The notes below the pieces were generated by a model. That model made no database searches and had not been told where the DNA came from. It worked only from the letters and a program-made list of their open reading frames with translations. A DNA stretch of 64,000 nucleotides from an uncultured Gammaproteobacteria bacterium. Lineage in GTDB: Bacteria; Patescibacteriota; Patescibacteriia; UBA9934. Positions 18,917-29,612 of this stretch are shown in pieces (position 1 is the stretch's first letter; each line of letters starts with the position of its first letter). The position numbers and the translations under genes are program-made. The stretch is from assembly GCA_964344415.1 (NCBI GenBank), contig CAYFMS010000001.1, forward strand, positions 10,126-74,125, read 5' to 3'.

Positions 18917-20161
18917 ATGCCGCTGGCCGGAAGAAAAACTATGCAGACAGAACCAAAAACAGACTCTAAGTTACATGAACTCCTGCAAGATGGAGCTTTT
19001 TTTGTTGTCCCAAAGCTTGGAGACATTATTAAAGCAACTGTTATTTCAACAGAGGGGCGTGAAGTAAAGCTCGACGTTAATGGGTTAACGACAGGCGTTG
19101 TTCGAGGGCGTGAATTATTCCAAGAAAGTGGAATGTTCGCTGACTTGAAGGCTGGAGACGAAGTTGAAGCAACCGTTGTTGGACTCGAAAATGAAAATGG
19201 TGAAATGGAATTGTCATTCCGTTATGCCGGTAATAAGAAATCATGGGAAGAATTGCAGGCAGCATTCGAAGGTGGAACCGCTATCAAGGTTAAAGTCCTC
19301 GATGCAAATAAAGGTGGTCTTCTTGTAAAAGCGAAGCATATCACTGGATTCCTTCCTGTTTCGCAGCTTTCACCAGACAATTATCCACGCGTTTCTGGTG
19401 GAGATAAGTCAAAGATCCTCGATAAATTGCAAAGCTTCGTAGGTCAAAACATGCAGGTAAAAATCCTCGACATGAATCAGACAGATGACAAGCTTATTTT
19501 GTCAGAGAAGGAACTTTGGGAGAAAGAACAGCGTGATGTTATTGCGCAAATTGCCGTTGGAGATGTTATCGAAGGAGAAGTGACAGCACTTGCTGATTTC
19601 GGAGCATTCGTAAAATTCTCTCCAGCAGGAGACAGTTCTCAGCTCGAAGGACTTGTTCATATTTCAGAGATCGCTTGGCAGCGCATTGATCATCCAAAAG
19701 ACATTCTAAAGAGTGGTGAAACAGTAAAAGCAGAGATTATCGGTATTGAAGGAAGTAAGATTTTCCTCTCAATCAAGAAATTGATTACTGATCCTTGGAA
19801 GGATGTTGAAAAGAAATACAAAGTTGGAGAAACCGTTGAAGGAACTATTCTCAAAATCAATCCATTTGGATTCTTTGTAGAGCTTGATGCAGACATTCAT
19901 GGACTTGCTCATGTTTCAGAGCTTTCAAGTAAGGCTGGAATTGATCCAAAGAAACTTGGACAAATCGGCGAAAAGCGTGAATTCAAAATTGTTTCTATTG
20001 AGCCAGACGAGCATCGACTTGGTCTTTCGCTCAAGGCACTGAGTGAGAAAGAAGAAGAGAAAACAGAGGAAGTAGAAGAGGCAAAAACAGAAGAAGCGGC
20101 ACCCGAAGCCGAAAAGAAAGAAGACACAAAAGAAGCTGAACAAACAGAAAGTCAAGAATAA
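18917..20161 (+). CDS. rpsA: 30S ribosomal protein S1 (four S1 domains, acidic C-terminus)
   Basis: Repeated S1/OB-domain pattern (GDVIEGEV..., GETVEGTI...), 414 aa. Confidence 0.85.
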   Translation: MPLAGRKTMQTEPKTDSKLHELLQDGAFFVVPKLGDIIKATVISTEGREVKLDVNGLTTGVVRGRELFQESGMFADLKAGDEVEATVVGLENENGEMELSFRYAGNKKSWEELQAAFEGGTAIKVKVLDANKGGLLVKAKHITGFLPVSQLSPDNYPRVSGGDKSKILDKLQSFVGQNMQVKILDMNQTDDKLILSEKELWEKEQRDVIAQIAVGDVIEGEVTALADFGAFVKFSPAGDSSQLEGLVHISEIAWQRIDHPKDILKSGETVKAEIIGIEGSKIFLSIKKLITDPWKDVEKKYKVGETVEGTILKINPFGFFVELDADIHGLAHVSELSSKAGIDPKKLGQIGEKREFKIVSIEPDEHRLGLSLKALSEKEEEKTEEVEEAKTEEAAPEAEKKEDTKEAEQTESQE

Positions 20162-20183
20162 AATCTGTGTTCATGTATGAAAA

Positions 20184-20208
20184 CCGAGGCAAAGACCTCG
20201 GTTTTCTT
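20184..20208 (+). terminator. Rho-independent terminator after rpsA
   Basis: ccgagg-caaaga-cctcgg hairpin followed by TTTTCTT. Confidence 0.7.
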
Positions 20209-20249
20209 GACCGCGACGTACTTTTCAGGCAGAATTCGCCTATACATAT

Positions 20250-22091
20250 ATGAAAAATCTAGGAAAAAATCTTCTCATTCTCTTTCTAATATTGATTGCA
20301 CTTGGCTTTATTTTTTCAAGTCTGCAAATCTCTGATAAGCCTGAAATTATTGGCACGAGCGCCCTTGTCGAAAAGATTCAAAATAGTGAAGTCACTCGCA
20401 TTGAAGTGCAGGAAGACACATTAACTGTGTTTGCAAATGACATCACATATACGGTTAAAAAAGAACCGGGTGAATCTTTGTCTGATCTATTGACGAATTA
20501 CGGTATTACTTCCGAACAAATCAATGCACTCGATACAATTGTAAAAGAACCGAATGCCTTGGTGAATTTGGGACGAATGGTACTCCCCTCACTTATTTTC
20601 TTGATTGGATTTGTCATTGTCTTCATGTTCCTTGCACGTCAAATGCAAGGCGCAAATAATCGAGCCCTTTCTTTCGGACAATCTCGGGCAAAAATGGCTG
20701 ACCAAGGTAAAAATAAAGTTCAATTCAAAGATGTTGCTGGAGCTGCAGAAGCGAAGGAAGAATTGACAGAGGTTGTTGATTTCTTGAAACATCCAAAAAA
20801 ATACAGCAATGTCGGTGCGAAAATCCCTAAAGGAGTTCTTATGATCGGTCCACCAGGTACCGGAAAAACGCTCCTTGCACGCGCCGTTGCCGGAGAAGCT
20901 GGAACACCATTCTTCCATATGTCTGGTTCTGAATTTATGGAAATGTTTGTCGGTGTTGGAGCATCACGTGTGCGCGATCTCTTCAACAAAGCTAAGAAAG
21001 CAGCTCCTTGTATTATCTTTATCGATGAAATTGATGCGATTGGTCGTCAGCGTGGTGCTGGACTTGGTGGAGGGCATGATGAGCGTGAACAAACTCTTAA
21101 CCAGATCCTGGTTGAAATGGATGGATTTGAATCAAATAGTGGCGTTATTGTGATCGCTGCGACGAATCGTCCAGATATTTTGGACCCTGCCCTACTGCGT
21201 CCTGGACGTTTTGACCGGCGCATTACCCTCGATTTGCCATCACTTGATGATCGGGAGCAAATCTTAGGAATTCATGCCAAAAATAAACCATTGCATGCAA
21301 AGGTGAACATAAGACGCATTGCAGAAAGAACAATCGGATTTTCTGGAGCCGACCTTATGAATATTATGAATGAGGGAGCTATTCTTGCTGCGCGTGAGAA
21401 TGAAAAGCAGGTTCATCAGCATCATCTTCTTGAGGCTATTGAGAAAGTTATGATTGGTCCTGCACGTAAATCTCGAAAATCTACAGAAGACGAGCGTACA
21501 TTAACCGCCTATCATGAAGCAGGGCATGCCATTGTTGGCCATGTTCTCCCGCATGCTGATGAAGTACATAAAGTTTCAATTATCGCCCGCGGTATGGCTG
21601 GAGGATATACACTTAGCCTTCCAGACAAAGACAGGAAGTTGCAATTCCGTCGTGAATTCATTGACCAAATGGCGATGATGTTAGGAGGTTATGCTGCAGA
21701 GCAAGAAATCTTTGGAGACATGACAACCGGCGCAAGCAATGATTTGCAAAAAGCGACAAAGCTAGCGAAGAAATTAGTTACACGATTTGGAATGAGTGAA
21801 AAGCTTGGACCGCGCACATATGGAGAGAGTGAAGAAATGGTATTCCTCGGAAAAGAAATTCATGAAAATCGAGACTATTCAGAACATACGGCAGAACAAA
21901 TCGATAGCGAAGTTATTACATTATTGAATAATGCCCTCCAAACGGCGCGTGACATTATTAAGAAACATCGATCGGACATGGACAAGGTTGTAGATGTACT
22001 CCTTAAGAAGGAAACGATCGAAAAAGAGGAATGGGAATCCATTATTGGACCACCAAATAAGCCACCAAAACTTGCCATTCAGAATGCATAA
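20250..22091 (+). CDS. ftsH: ATP-dependent zinc metalloprotease FtsH
   Basis: N-terminal TM helices, AAA Walker [12 protein letters not shown], second region of homology, HEAGHA zinc motif. Confidence 0.95.
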   Translation: MKNLGKNLLILFLILIALGFIFSSLQISDKPEIIGTSALVEKIQNSEVTRIEVQEDTLTVFANDITYTVKKEPGESLSDLLTNYGITSEQINALDTIVKEPNALVNLGRMVLPSLIFLIGFVIVFMFLARQMQGANNRALSFGQSRAKMADQGKNKVQFKDVAGAAEAKEELTEVVDFLKHPKKYSNVGAKIPKGVLMIGPPGTGKTLLARAVAGEAGTPFFHMSGSEFMEMFVGVGASRVRDLFNKAKKAAPCIIFIDEIDAIGRQRGAGLGGGHDEREQTLNQILVEMDGFESNSGVIVIAATNRPDILDPALLRPGRFDRRITLDLPSLDDREQILGIHAKNKPLHAKVNIRRIAERTIGFSGADLMNIMNEGAILAARENEKQVHQHHLLEAIEKVMIGPARKSRKSTEDERTLTAYHEAGHAIVGHVLPHADEVHKVSIIARGMAGGYTLSLPDKDRKLQFRREFIDQMAMMLGGYAAEQEIFGDMTTGASNDLQKATKLAKKLVTRFGMSEKLGPRTYGESEEMVFLGKEIHENRDYSEHTAEQIDSEVITLLNNALQTARDIIKKHRSDMDKVVDVLLKKETIEKEEWESIIGPPNKPPKLAIQNA

Positions 22092-22164
22092 AACTCCCTT
22101 TGGGGAGTTTTTACTTTATAGAAGATCCTTGCTGCCGTATAATGTAATCAAAAGCCATGGAGGT

Positions 22165-23160
22165 ATGAAACAAAAACTTGGAGCAAGCATCGACGTTTAT
22201 CATGATATTTTAAAAAAGTCTTTTCAGCGTGTACTTCAGTATCGCTCATTATGGCTTTTTGGATTTTTTGCCGCCTTTATCAATAGCGGTACGATCTTCT
22301 ATCATGTCATGCAATTTGCAGCGAGGGTAAAACCACTCGACCATTTTGCGCTAGATCAATTTGCAGAGAATCCAGATATTCTCACGCAAGGATCGAAGTA
22401 TCTCTACATTCTCCTTGAACAGAATACGGTTTCTGTCACTGCAATTGTATTTATTATCGCTTTCTTTGTTATGTTCATGGCCATCATAGGACTTAGTTCT
22501 CAGCAAATCCTTATCAAAGGACTTGTTAGAAAGGAGAATGTTCATCCAAAGGAAGCTGTGAGCGATGTATCGCGCATGCATGTGCTTCAACTCTTCTTCG
22601 TAAATGCATTTCTTTATCTATCCCTTGCTGCACTCTTTGGCATTGCCAGCTTGCTGCTATCGGTTCTCTTATCCCCTGCTTCAAGTGCGAATGCATTCGT
22701 TTATGTCGGCATTTACATCTTCCTGCTTCCAGTCGCTTTCTATGTAAATATGGTTGGAATGCTCGCTCTTATCGAAGTTGTTCGAACAGATTCAGATGCA
22801 ATACAGGCGATTCGCCATGCCACCCATCTTATTTCAAAGCATTGGCTTGCAGCTATTGAAATGTCTGTAGGCCTCTTTCTTGCGAATCTCCTCTTTTCCA
22901 TTATTGGAACAGCGATTGCATTCATTATTCTCCTTATCGCAGCCATTCTCGCTATTGCCGCAGGAACGGCATCTTCCGCGAGTATCATTCTAGCGAGCGC
23001 CGGCATCATTATCGGCATTCTTGTCATTGTTTACAGTGCATTTATTACAGCGTTTAGCTATCAAGCTTGGATTATTTTCTCAAAACGCATATCTCGCTTC
23101 GGTATTATTCCTGTCATCGAACGTATGTTCCGAACACTATTTTCTAAACGTGCATCATGA
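22165..23160 (+). CDS. Polytopic membrane protein, unknown function
   Basis: ~7 TM helices; start set at the Met after GGAGG (22165) rather than the 21994 ORF start, which overlaps ftsH; the stop overlaps the pilB start (ATGA). Confidence 0.5.
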   Translation: MKQKLGASIDVYHDILKKSFQRVLQYRSLWLFGFFAAFINSGTIFYHVMQFAARVKPLDHFALDQFAENPDILTQGSKYLYILLEQNTVSVTAIVFIIAFFVMFMAIIGLSSQQILIKGLVRKENVHPKEAVSDVSRMHVLQLFFVNAFLYLSLAALFGIASLLLSVLLSPASSANAFVYVGIYIFLLPVAFYVNMVGMLALIEVVRTDSDAIQAIRHATHLISKHWLAAIEMSVGLFLANLLFSIIGTAIAFIILLIAAILAIAAGTASSASIILASAGIIIGILVIVYSAFITAFSYQAWIIFSKRISRFGIIPVIERMFRTLFSKRAS

Positions 23161-25085
23161 CAAATGATCTGCCAAGCATTGAAGATCTCTTAAAGAAGAA
23201 AGACCAGGATCAGCAAGAGGCCGCTGATCCTGCTATTGATGCTGCCAAAAAAGAAACCTTCAAATCAAAGGAACAGAAAGTACCCCCGCCGAAACCTCCT
23301 ATTGCAGAAAAGAAAACAGAAGCTGTTTTAGAAAAGAAAATAAGCGAACTTACAAAGAAAGGAAAGGAGCATGAAATCGAGCAACATGCAGCCGCATCCG
23401 GTACCCCCTATATTCAATTAAAAGGCTTCCCGATCAGCCCAGATGCATTAACCGTATTAACCGAGGAAAAGGCTCGAGAGTTTTCTGCTATTCCCTTTCT
23501 TTTTAATGGTCCAGAATTGAGGCTCGGCGCCGTTCACCCAGAAGATCCGAAAATTGAAGATCTTCTCTTTGAACTCGGGGAGCGACATAAAACACATAGC
23601 GTTTTGTATCAAATATCTCAAGAGAGTTTTGATGAGGCTATTGAACTCTATAAAACGCTTCCAAAGATTAAAAAAGTAGTAAAAGGCGTTCAAATTAAAG
23701 AGGAAGAGCTGTCAAAATTTCAGGAGCAAATGCAGGACATGCAAGACATTGACGCCATTCTTGATAAGGCAAATATTACGGATGTGCTTGCTATTCTTAT
23801 CGCTGCCGCTCTGAAACTTGGGTCTTCTGACATTCATATCGAGGCCGAGGAGCAAGGAATTGCCGTTCGCTTCCGTGTTGATGGCGTTTTGCAAGATGTT
23901 GCCACACTCGAAAAAGATGATTGGAAGAAAATGATTAGCCGCATTAAGCTCATTGCGAGTCTAAAATTGAACATTACTGATGCACCGCAGGATGGGCGAT
24001 TTACTATTTTTCAGAAAAAGAAAAAAATCGATGTCCGTACAAGCACCATACCGACTGCTTGGGGCGAATCGGTTGTGATGCGTATTTTGAATCCCGAATC
24101 TATTCAGCTCGAATTTGAAGGACTCGGTTTCAGACCTGCAATCTTGAAAAAACTTATACCTGAAATCGAGAAGCCGACTGGCATGATTGTCACAACAGGA
24201 CCAACGGGAAGCGGTAAAACAACAACTCTCTATTCTATTCTTCGAAGACTCAATAAACCGGGCGTAAAAATTATTACTCTTGAGGACCCGGTTGAGTATA
24301 AATTAGAGGGCGTGAATCAATCTCAAATTGACCAGTCGAAAGATTATACATTTTCAAAAGGATTGCGATCACTTCTCCGCCAAGACCCTGACATTGTTAT
24401 GGTTGGAGAAATTCGTGACCTTGAAACGGCAGAAGCGGCAATCCAAGCAGCCCTCACCGGGCATTTACTCCTTTCAACCATTCATACCAATGATGCAGCA
24501 GGAGCGATTCCTCGTTTTCTTTCAATGGGCGTGAAGCCATTTCTACTTGCCCCTGCCCTCTCCGTTGTTATGGGACAACGGCTCGTAAGACGGCTTTGTG
24601 ATAAATGTAAGAAACCAGCTGCGATTGACGAAGCAACCATACAGCAAATCAATTCCCTCCTCGATTCCATCCCAGCGAATTCCGGGGAGCAAGTTCCGAC
24701 TGAGCGACAATTCTATGCCGGTGAAGGATGTGATCACTGTTCTGGCAGCGGATATAAAGGACGTATTGGTATTTATGAAATCTTGATTAAAAATGAAGAG
24801 GTAGAGAAATTTATTCTGTCGGCGGATGTGTCAGAATATAAAATGCGCGAAGTCGCAACCGCGCAAGGCATGCTTTCCATGGCTCAAGACGGATTACTCA
24901 AGGCACTTGATGGCCTCACTTCAGTTGAAGAGGTGAAGCGTGTAACAGGATTCAAAAGTTTGCAATTGAGCGGTGAATCCGAATCAGAGCCCACCCCAGA
25001 TGCTACACAACAAGTACCAATAAAAAGACCCGTGAACAGTCCTCAAGAGGAGAATCTGAAAGATGAAAAACAGCCGAGCGTATAA
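23157..25085 (+). CDS. pilB: Type IV pilus assembly ATPase PilB / GspE family
   Basis: Walker A GPTGSGKTTTLYS, Asp box GEIRD, His box, tetracysteine CDKCK...CDHC; Lys/Glu-rich low-complexity N-terminal extension. Confidence 0.85.
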   Translation: MTNDLPSIEDLLKKKDQDQQEAADPAIDAAKKETFKSKEQKVPPPKPPIAEKKTEAVLEKKISELTKKGKEHEIEQHAAASGTPYIQLKGFPISPDALTVLTEEKAREFSAIPFLFNGPELRLGAVHPEDPKIEDLLFELGERHKTHSVLYQISQESFDEAIELYKTLPKIKKVVKGVQIKEEELSKFQEQMQDMQDIDAILDKANITDVLAILIAAALKLGSSDIHIEAEEQGIAVRFRVDGVLQDVATLEKDDWKKMISRIKLIASLKLNITDAPQDGRFTIFQKKKKIDVRTSTIPTAWGESVVMRILNPESIQLEFEGLGFRPAILKKLIPEIEKPTGMIVTTGPTGSGKTTTLYSILRRLNKPGVKIITLEDPVEYKLEGVNQSQIDQSKDYTFSKGLRSLLRQDPDIVMVGEIRDLETAEAAIQAALTGHLLLSTIHTNDAAGAIPRFLSMGVKPFLLAPALSVVMGQRLVRRLCDKCKKPAAIDEATIQQINSLLDSIPANSGEQVPTERQFYAGEGCDHCSGSGYKGRIGIYEILIKNEEVEKFILSADVSEYKMREVATAQGMLSMAQDGLLKALDGLTSVEEVKRVTGFKSLQLSGESESEPTPDATQQVPIKRPVNSPQEENLKDEKQPSV

Positions 25086-25101
25086 TGCTCGGCTGTTTTT
25101 T
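25071..25101. terminator. Bidirectional terminator (pilB / smr convergent)
   Basis: cagccgagc-gtataat-gctcggctg hairpin plus T6. Confidence 0.7.
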
Positions 25102-25387
25102 ATCCATGCAGAACAGCGTAAATAACCGCTCCGGTTTCATGCGTTCCACCTGGGCCACCTACAAATAAAACCAATGGATGAGACGAGGTAAAATCTGGAA
25201 TGGATTTTGCAAGACGCTCCGTTCCTTTGCCATGAATAATGCGCACAACACTTGTTCCTAGCCGAAAATGCTTATCCAAAAATCGATCAATTTCTATCTC
25301 AGCCTCGTGAATCCTCATGCCATGCAAATCGAGGGTTGGCGTGTCAGGGCTTAGCTCTGCAAGCGAGATGAGCGACTGATACTTCAT
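25100..25387 (-). CDS. Smr domain protein
   Basis: LDLHGMRIHEA...IIHGKGTERL, the Smr (MutS2 C-terminal-like) signature. Confidence 0.75.
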   Translation of the reverse strand: MKYQSLISLAELSPDTPTLDLHGMRIHEAEIEIDRFLDKHFRLGTSVVRIIHGKGTERLAKSIPDFTSSHPLVLFVGGPGGTHETGAVIYAVLHG

Positions 25388-25803
25388 AATGTCACTTTGC
25401 GTGAGCCATCATCCAATATTTCAAAATGAATTTCTCGGTGAATGGGAAATGCACGCTCTTCGAACATATCTGGCCATTCGATAAATATAATATTTTTCTT
25501 ATGTTGAACATCATCAAAAGCAAGTGCTTCAAGCTCTACCGGATCCTGAAATCGATACAAGTCCATATGAATGATATTCTCAATGCCTTTTTTGTTAATT
25601 GGATATTCATTCATAACGGTAAATGTTGGACTTTTCACTCGAATATCGACACCCAATGCTTTTACAATACCTCGAACAAATGTCGTCTTCCCTGCCCCGA
25701 GATTACCAATGAGTCCAAAAATCTCACCCCCTTCCAATTTCTCCGCCAGTTCAGCCGCAAGTGAATACATTTCTTGTTCAGTTTTTATAATATATTCCTT
25801 CAT
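25384..25803 (-). CDS. tsaE: tRNA threonylcarbamoyladenosine biosynthesis protein TsaE
   Basis: P-loop GLIGNLGAGKTTFVRGI typical of YjeE/TsaE. Confidence 0.85.
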   Translation of the reverse strand: MKEYIIKTEQEMYSLAAELAEKLEGGEIFGLIGNLGAGKTTFVRGIVKALGVDIRVKSPTFTVMNEYPINKKGIENIIHMDLYRFQDPVELEALAFDDVQHKKNIIFIEWPDMFEERAFPIHREIHFEILDDGSRKVTL

Positions 25804-25806
25804 AAT

Positions 25807-26844
25807 CTAAAAACCTAAATTTGGATTCGCCTTTAATGAAAGTGGGTCTGTAAAATGATGTTGACGCGCTCTAAAATATCCAGCTGCCGCAATCATTGCT
25901 GCATTATCAAGCGTATAGGCAAAATCCGGCTGAGCGAATTTCACATCAAGAGATTTCATCTGCTTTTTCATCCGATTGCGCAATTCAATATTCGCGGAAA
26001 CACCTCCAGCAATAACAACCGTTTTTGCATTATACGTTTTCAGAGCACGCATTGTTTTTCGTACAAGAACATCTACAACAGCTTCTTGAAATGATGCTGC
26101 AATATCGGATCGAAATGACGGATCGTCCATTTGATCCTCATGCTTGCGAAGTGTGTAGAGTACCGAGGTTTTTAAGCCAGAAAAACTAAAATCAAGATTC
26201 GGGCGATCAAGTAAACCTCGTGGAAAATCAAAAGCCTGCGCATCGCCGCTTTTTGCTAGCTTTGCTATTTCGGGACCACCCGGATAAGGCAGTCCAAGCA
26301 TTTTTGCAACTTTATCGAATGCCTCGCCTGCGGCATCGTCGAGTGTTTCTCCGATCCGTTCAAATACACCATGATCCTTCATGAGAACTAATTCTGTATG
26401 TCCGCCCGACACCAAAAGTGCAAGCAGTGGAAGCTCTGGCGGTTTTGAATCCAACCAATTGGCATAAATATGCCCTTCAAGATGCGAAACGGGAATGAGA
26501 GGCTTTTCCCATGACCATGCAAGCGTTTTCGCGACCTCTACACCCGTTCGAAGTGCCGGCGACAGTCCGGGACCCGCTGTAACCGCAATGGCATCTATGC
26601 CCCTTCCCTTTGGATTCACATGCTTTTGCAAAAGTGGAAATATTTTTTCGAGATGCTGTCTTGCCGCGATTTCAGGTACAACACCTCCATGCTCGGCATG
26701 AATGTCGGCCTGCGAAAAAATAACCGATTTTTTCACCTTTAATCGGTCACTTTTTGCGCGGATAATGGCAATTGCCGTTTCATCGCAACTTGTTTCAATT
26801 CCTAATATATTCACGCGCTTATTCTGCCTTAAAGTGATGGACAC
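25807..26844 (-). CDS. tsaD: tRNA N6-adenosine threonylcarbamoyltransferase TsaD (Kae1/YgjD family)
   Basis: ILGIETSCDETAIAI N-terminal motif and HLEGH metal site. Confidence 0.9.
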   Translation of the reverse strand: MSITLRQNKRVNILGIETSCDETAIAIIRAKSDRLKVKKSVIFSQADIHAEHGGVVPEIAARQHLEKIFPLLQKHVNPKGRGIDAIAVTAGPGLSPALRTGVEVAKTLAWSWEKPLIPVSHLEGHIYANWLDSKPPELPLLALLVSGGHTELVLMKDHGVFERIGETLDDAAGEAFDKVAKMLGLPYPGGPEIAKLAKSGDAQAFDFPRGLLDRPNLDFSFSGLKTSVLYTLRKHEDQMDDPSFRSDIAASFQEAVVDVLVRKTMRALKTYNAKTVVIAGGVSANIELRNRMKKQMKSLDVKFAQPDFAYTLDNAAMIAAAGYFRARQHHFTDPLSLKANPNLGF

Positions 26845-27310
26845 AGCAAGTCATATGCCGAGTGCAAAGTAAGTAGCTGGTAGGTTTTAGGTTGTAGCTT
26901 GTAGGGTTGCCGTTACAGATTTATGAATAGTACAGATATACGGATTTAGGTGCGAAGGAGATTTAGGAGATTGGAGAGATTCTAGTCGCAAAAAGATCCT
27001 TCGACAGGCTCAGGATTTCGATGTCCGAAACTGCCGCCACCTGTGAGACTGTCACACTGCATGCGGCAAGAGCGAGGAATTGCAAAACAGCCGATAGGAA
27101 TGAACGCATCATTGCATTAAGAAAAATAAAGACATTTCTACTCTCTGTTTTGCCTGAGCGATGACGCTTATGCATGTGACAAAGCGAGCACTGGCGGCGT
27201 TCTTTTGCTTACTTTTCTTTAAAGAAAAGTAAGAAGAAAAAACAAGAGATCTTTCCCGACTTCGCTCTGTGAGCTACGGCGGACAGGCGTATTCACTCGA
27301 GATGACGGAA
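26845..27310. repeat. Mosaic intergenic repeat cluster C
   Basis: Modules M1, M2, M3, M4 in the same order as cluster B, followed by the ~250 bp segment (27000..27250) that is the reverse complement of 13440..13690 at ~90% identity, including the aaagaaaagtaag palindrome. Confidence 0.75.
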
Positions 27311-27378
27311 TGAAGAACCACAATCGTGAGGTGAGAATGTTGACTTTTCTTGTGGCACACCTTAATGTTTCGACAGTT

Positions 27379-28494
27379 ATGAAAGTAGCACTTACACATG
27401 ATCATATGATCCAAAACGGGGGTGCTGAGCGTGTCCTCGAAGTCTTGCAGGACATGTGGCCCTCTGCCCCAACCTATACGCTGCTTTATGATAAGAAAAA
27501 AATGGATTCAACCTTCGGTCACAGAGATATTCGCACCTCATTTCTTCAATCCATTCCTTTTTCCCTAAAAAAATACCGCTGGCTGCTTCCCTTCATGCCA
27601 ACGGCGACAGAGCAATATAATCTTTCCGAATTCGAAGTCATCGTATCGAGCTCAAGCGCTCTGTCAAAAGGCATTATCCCCCCTGAATTTGGCTTACATA
27701 TTTGTTACTGTCATACGCCCCCACGATATTTATGGACAGATACATATGATTACATTCAATCCATGCGTGCGCCACGGCTCGCAAAACTTGCCCTTCCGCT
27801 GCTCATGAACTATTTACGTATGTGGGATCGAGCATCTGCCGATCGCGTTGATTTTTTTATAGCAAACTCAGAAACGGTCAGACATCGAATTAAACGTTTT
27901 TACGGAAGAGATTCCGTCGTCATTCACCCTCCGGTAAGTATTGAAAAGTTTAAGATATCGAAAGAACCGAAGCGATATTTCCTCATCGGCGGACGGCTTG
28001 TCCCCTATAAGCGCTATGACATTGTTATAGAAGCATTCAACAAACTCGGACGTCCTCTGAAGATTTTTGGAGATGGACCCCAGATGAAGGAATTACAAAA
28101 GCTTGCTAAACCAAATATTGAATTCCTTGGCAGAGTTTCAGACGAAAAGCGAAGCGAATTATTTGAAAATGCTATTGGCTTCATTCATCCGCAAGAAGAA
28201 GATTTCGGCATTACACCCGTGGAATCAATGGCGGCAGGCACGCCTGTTATCGCTTATGCAAAGGGTGGCGCAACAGAAACGGTGATCGACGGAAAGACAG
28301 GAATTCTTTTCGATAAACAATGCTGGGAAGAAATCGCTGACACAGTTTTTCATTTTGACGCACATGCTTTTGACCCCGTAGAAATTCGTAAACATGCCGA
28401 GCAATTCAGTGTGCAGAATTTTAGAAAAAAGATCCTCGATTTCACAAAAGACAAATGGCGCCATCACCGCCGAAACGTTTTAAATAGAATATAA
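27379..28494 (+). CDS. Glycosyltransferase family 4 (GT4)
   Basis: EDFGITPVESMAAGTPVIA GT4 C-terminal motif; start taken at MKVALTHDH. Confidence 0.75.
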   Translation: MKVALTHDHMIQNGGAERVLEVLQDMWPSAPTYTLLYDKKKMDSTFGHRDIRTSFLQSIPFSLKKYRWLLPFMPTATEQYNLSEFEVIVSSSSALSKGIIPPEFGLHICYCHTPPRYLWTDTYDYIQSMRAPRLAKLALPLLMNYLRMWDRASADRVDFFIANSETVRHRIKRFYGRDSVVIHPPVSIEKFKISKEPKRYFLIGGRLVPYKRYDIVIEAFNKLGRPLKIFGDGPQMKELQKLAKPNIEFLGRVSDEKRSELFENAIGFIHPQEEDFGITPVESMAAGTPVIAYAKGGATETVIDGKTGILFDKQCWEEIADTVFHFDAHAFDPVEIRKHAEQFSVQNFRKKILDFTKDKWRHHRRNVLNRI

Positions 28495-29591
28495 TGCGGC
28501 TTGCCATTGACATCAGACATCTCGCATCGCCCAATCCATCAGGAATTGGCAGATATACGATTGAATTATTGAAACGTATTCCAAGTATGATGCCTGATGT
28601 TGATTTTCTTCTTTTTGCATCGGGAACAGCGGAAACCCTTCGACATTTGCCTGTATTTGAATCAGACAATGTCACCGTTCAAAAACATGAAATGCCGAAT
28701 CGCATTCTTTCAGCCAGAATGCGCTACGGAAAGCTAAAAATCGAGGATTTGCTTGCTAGTGAAGTCGATGCTTGGTGGTTTCCGAATACCAATATTATTC
28801 GTACAGAACTTCCCTATGCATTAACCGTGCATGATATAAGTTTTTTCTTCTTTCCTGAATTCTTCTCGTCAAAAACACGGCTATGGCATCGTTTATGCAA
28901 AATACCGGATTTGATTCAGTCTGCTGACACACTTTTGTCCGTTTCGAATCACACTGCATTTGATCTTGTGAGCTTCTTTGCCATTGAAGAATCCAAAATT
29001 CGTACAACACATCTCGGTGCATCTGAAGAATATCAACCAAGGCAAAGGCCGGAAGATCATTCCATTCTTAGACAATATGGAATAAAACAGCCCTATTTTT
29101 TATCTCTTTCAACCATTGAACCTCGAAAAAACATTGAATCAATTATAGACGGATTTATTGCGTGGAAAAGTAGTGAAGCATCGAACACAAAACTTATTCT
29201 TGCCGGAAAGAGAGGTTTTCAATCAAAGCGCATTCTTTCGAAGATATGGAATCGCGATGATATTATTTTTCTTCATTATGTAAAAGAATCCCATAAACCA
29301 GCCCTGTACCGGCATGCGGACCTCTTCTTTTTTCCATCGTATTATGAAGGGTTTGGCCTTCCCGTTTTGGAAGCAATGCAGTCAGGGGTGCGCACGATTT
29401 GTTCCTATACATCATCATTGCCAGAGATTACTCGAGGCCAAGCACTCCTTGTAAATCCATATGATGTAACCGATGTCACGCGAGGAATTGACGCTGCACT
29501 TGAAATGCCCGCACCAAAACGATTGCCATTCAATTGGGATAGTACCGCAAAGAAAACCACAAAAGCGCTTTATAAATTATTGCAAGTTTAA
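28494..29591 (+). CDS. Glycosyltransferase family 4 (GT4)
   Basis: EGFGLPVLEAMQSGVRTICS motif. Confidence 0.75.
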   Translation: MRLAIDIRHLASPNPSGIGRYTIELLKRIPSMMPDVDFLLFASGTAETLRHLPVFESDNVTVQKHEMPNRILSARMRYGKLKIEDLLASEVDAWWFPNTNIIRTELPYALTVHDISFFFFPEFFSSKTRLWHRLCKIPDLIQSADTLLSVSNHTAFDLVSFFAIEESKIRTTHLGASEEYQPRQRPEDHSILRQYGIKQPYFLSLSTIEPRKNIESIIDGFIAWKSSEASNTKLILAGKRGFQSKRILSKIWNRDDIIFLHYVKESHKPALYRHADLFFFPSYYEGFGLPVLEAMQSGVRTICSYTSSLPEITRGQALLVNPYDVTDVTRGIDAALEMPAPKRLPFNWDSTAKKTTKALYKLLQV

Positions 29592-29612
29592 TGACTGCGC
29601 TATAATGCATGC

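Noticed and set aside
21994-22164. Upstream extension of the 22165..23160 membrane protein overlapping the ftsH 3' end
   Set aside because: The extension is basic junk inside ftsH; an SD (GGAGG) precedes the internal Met at 22165.
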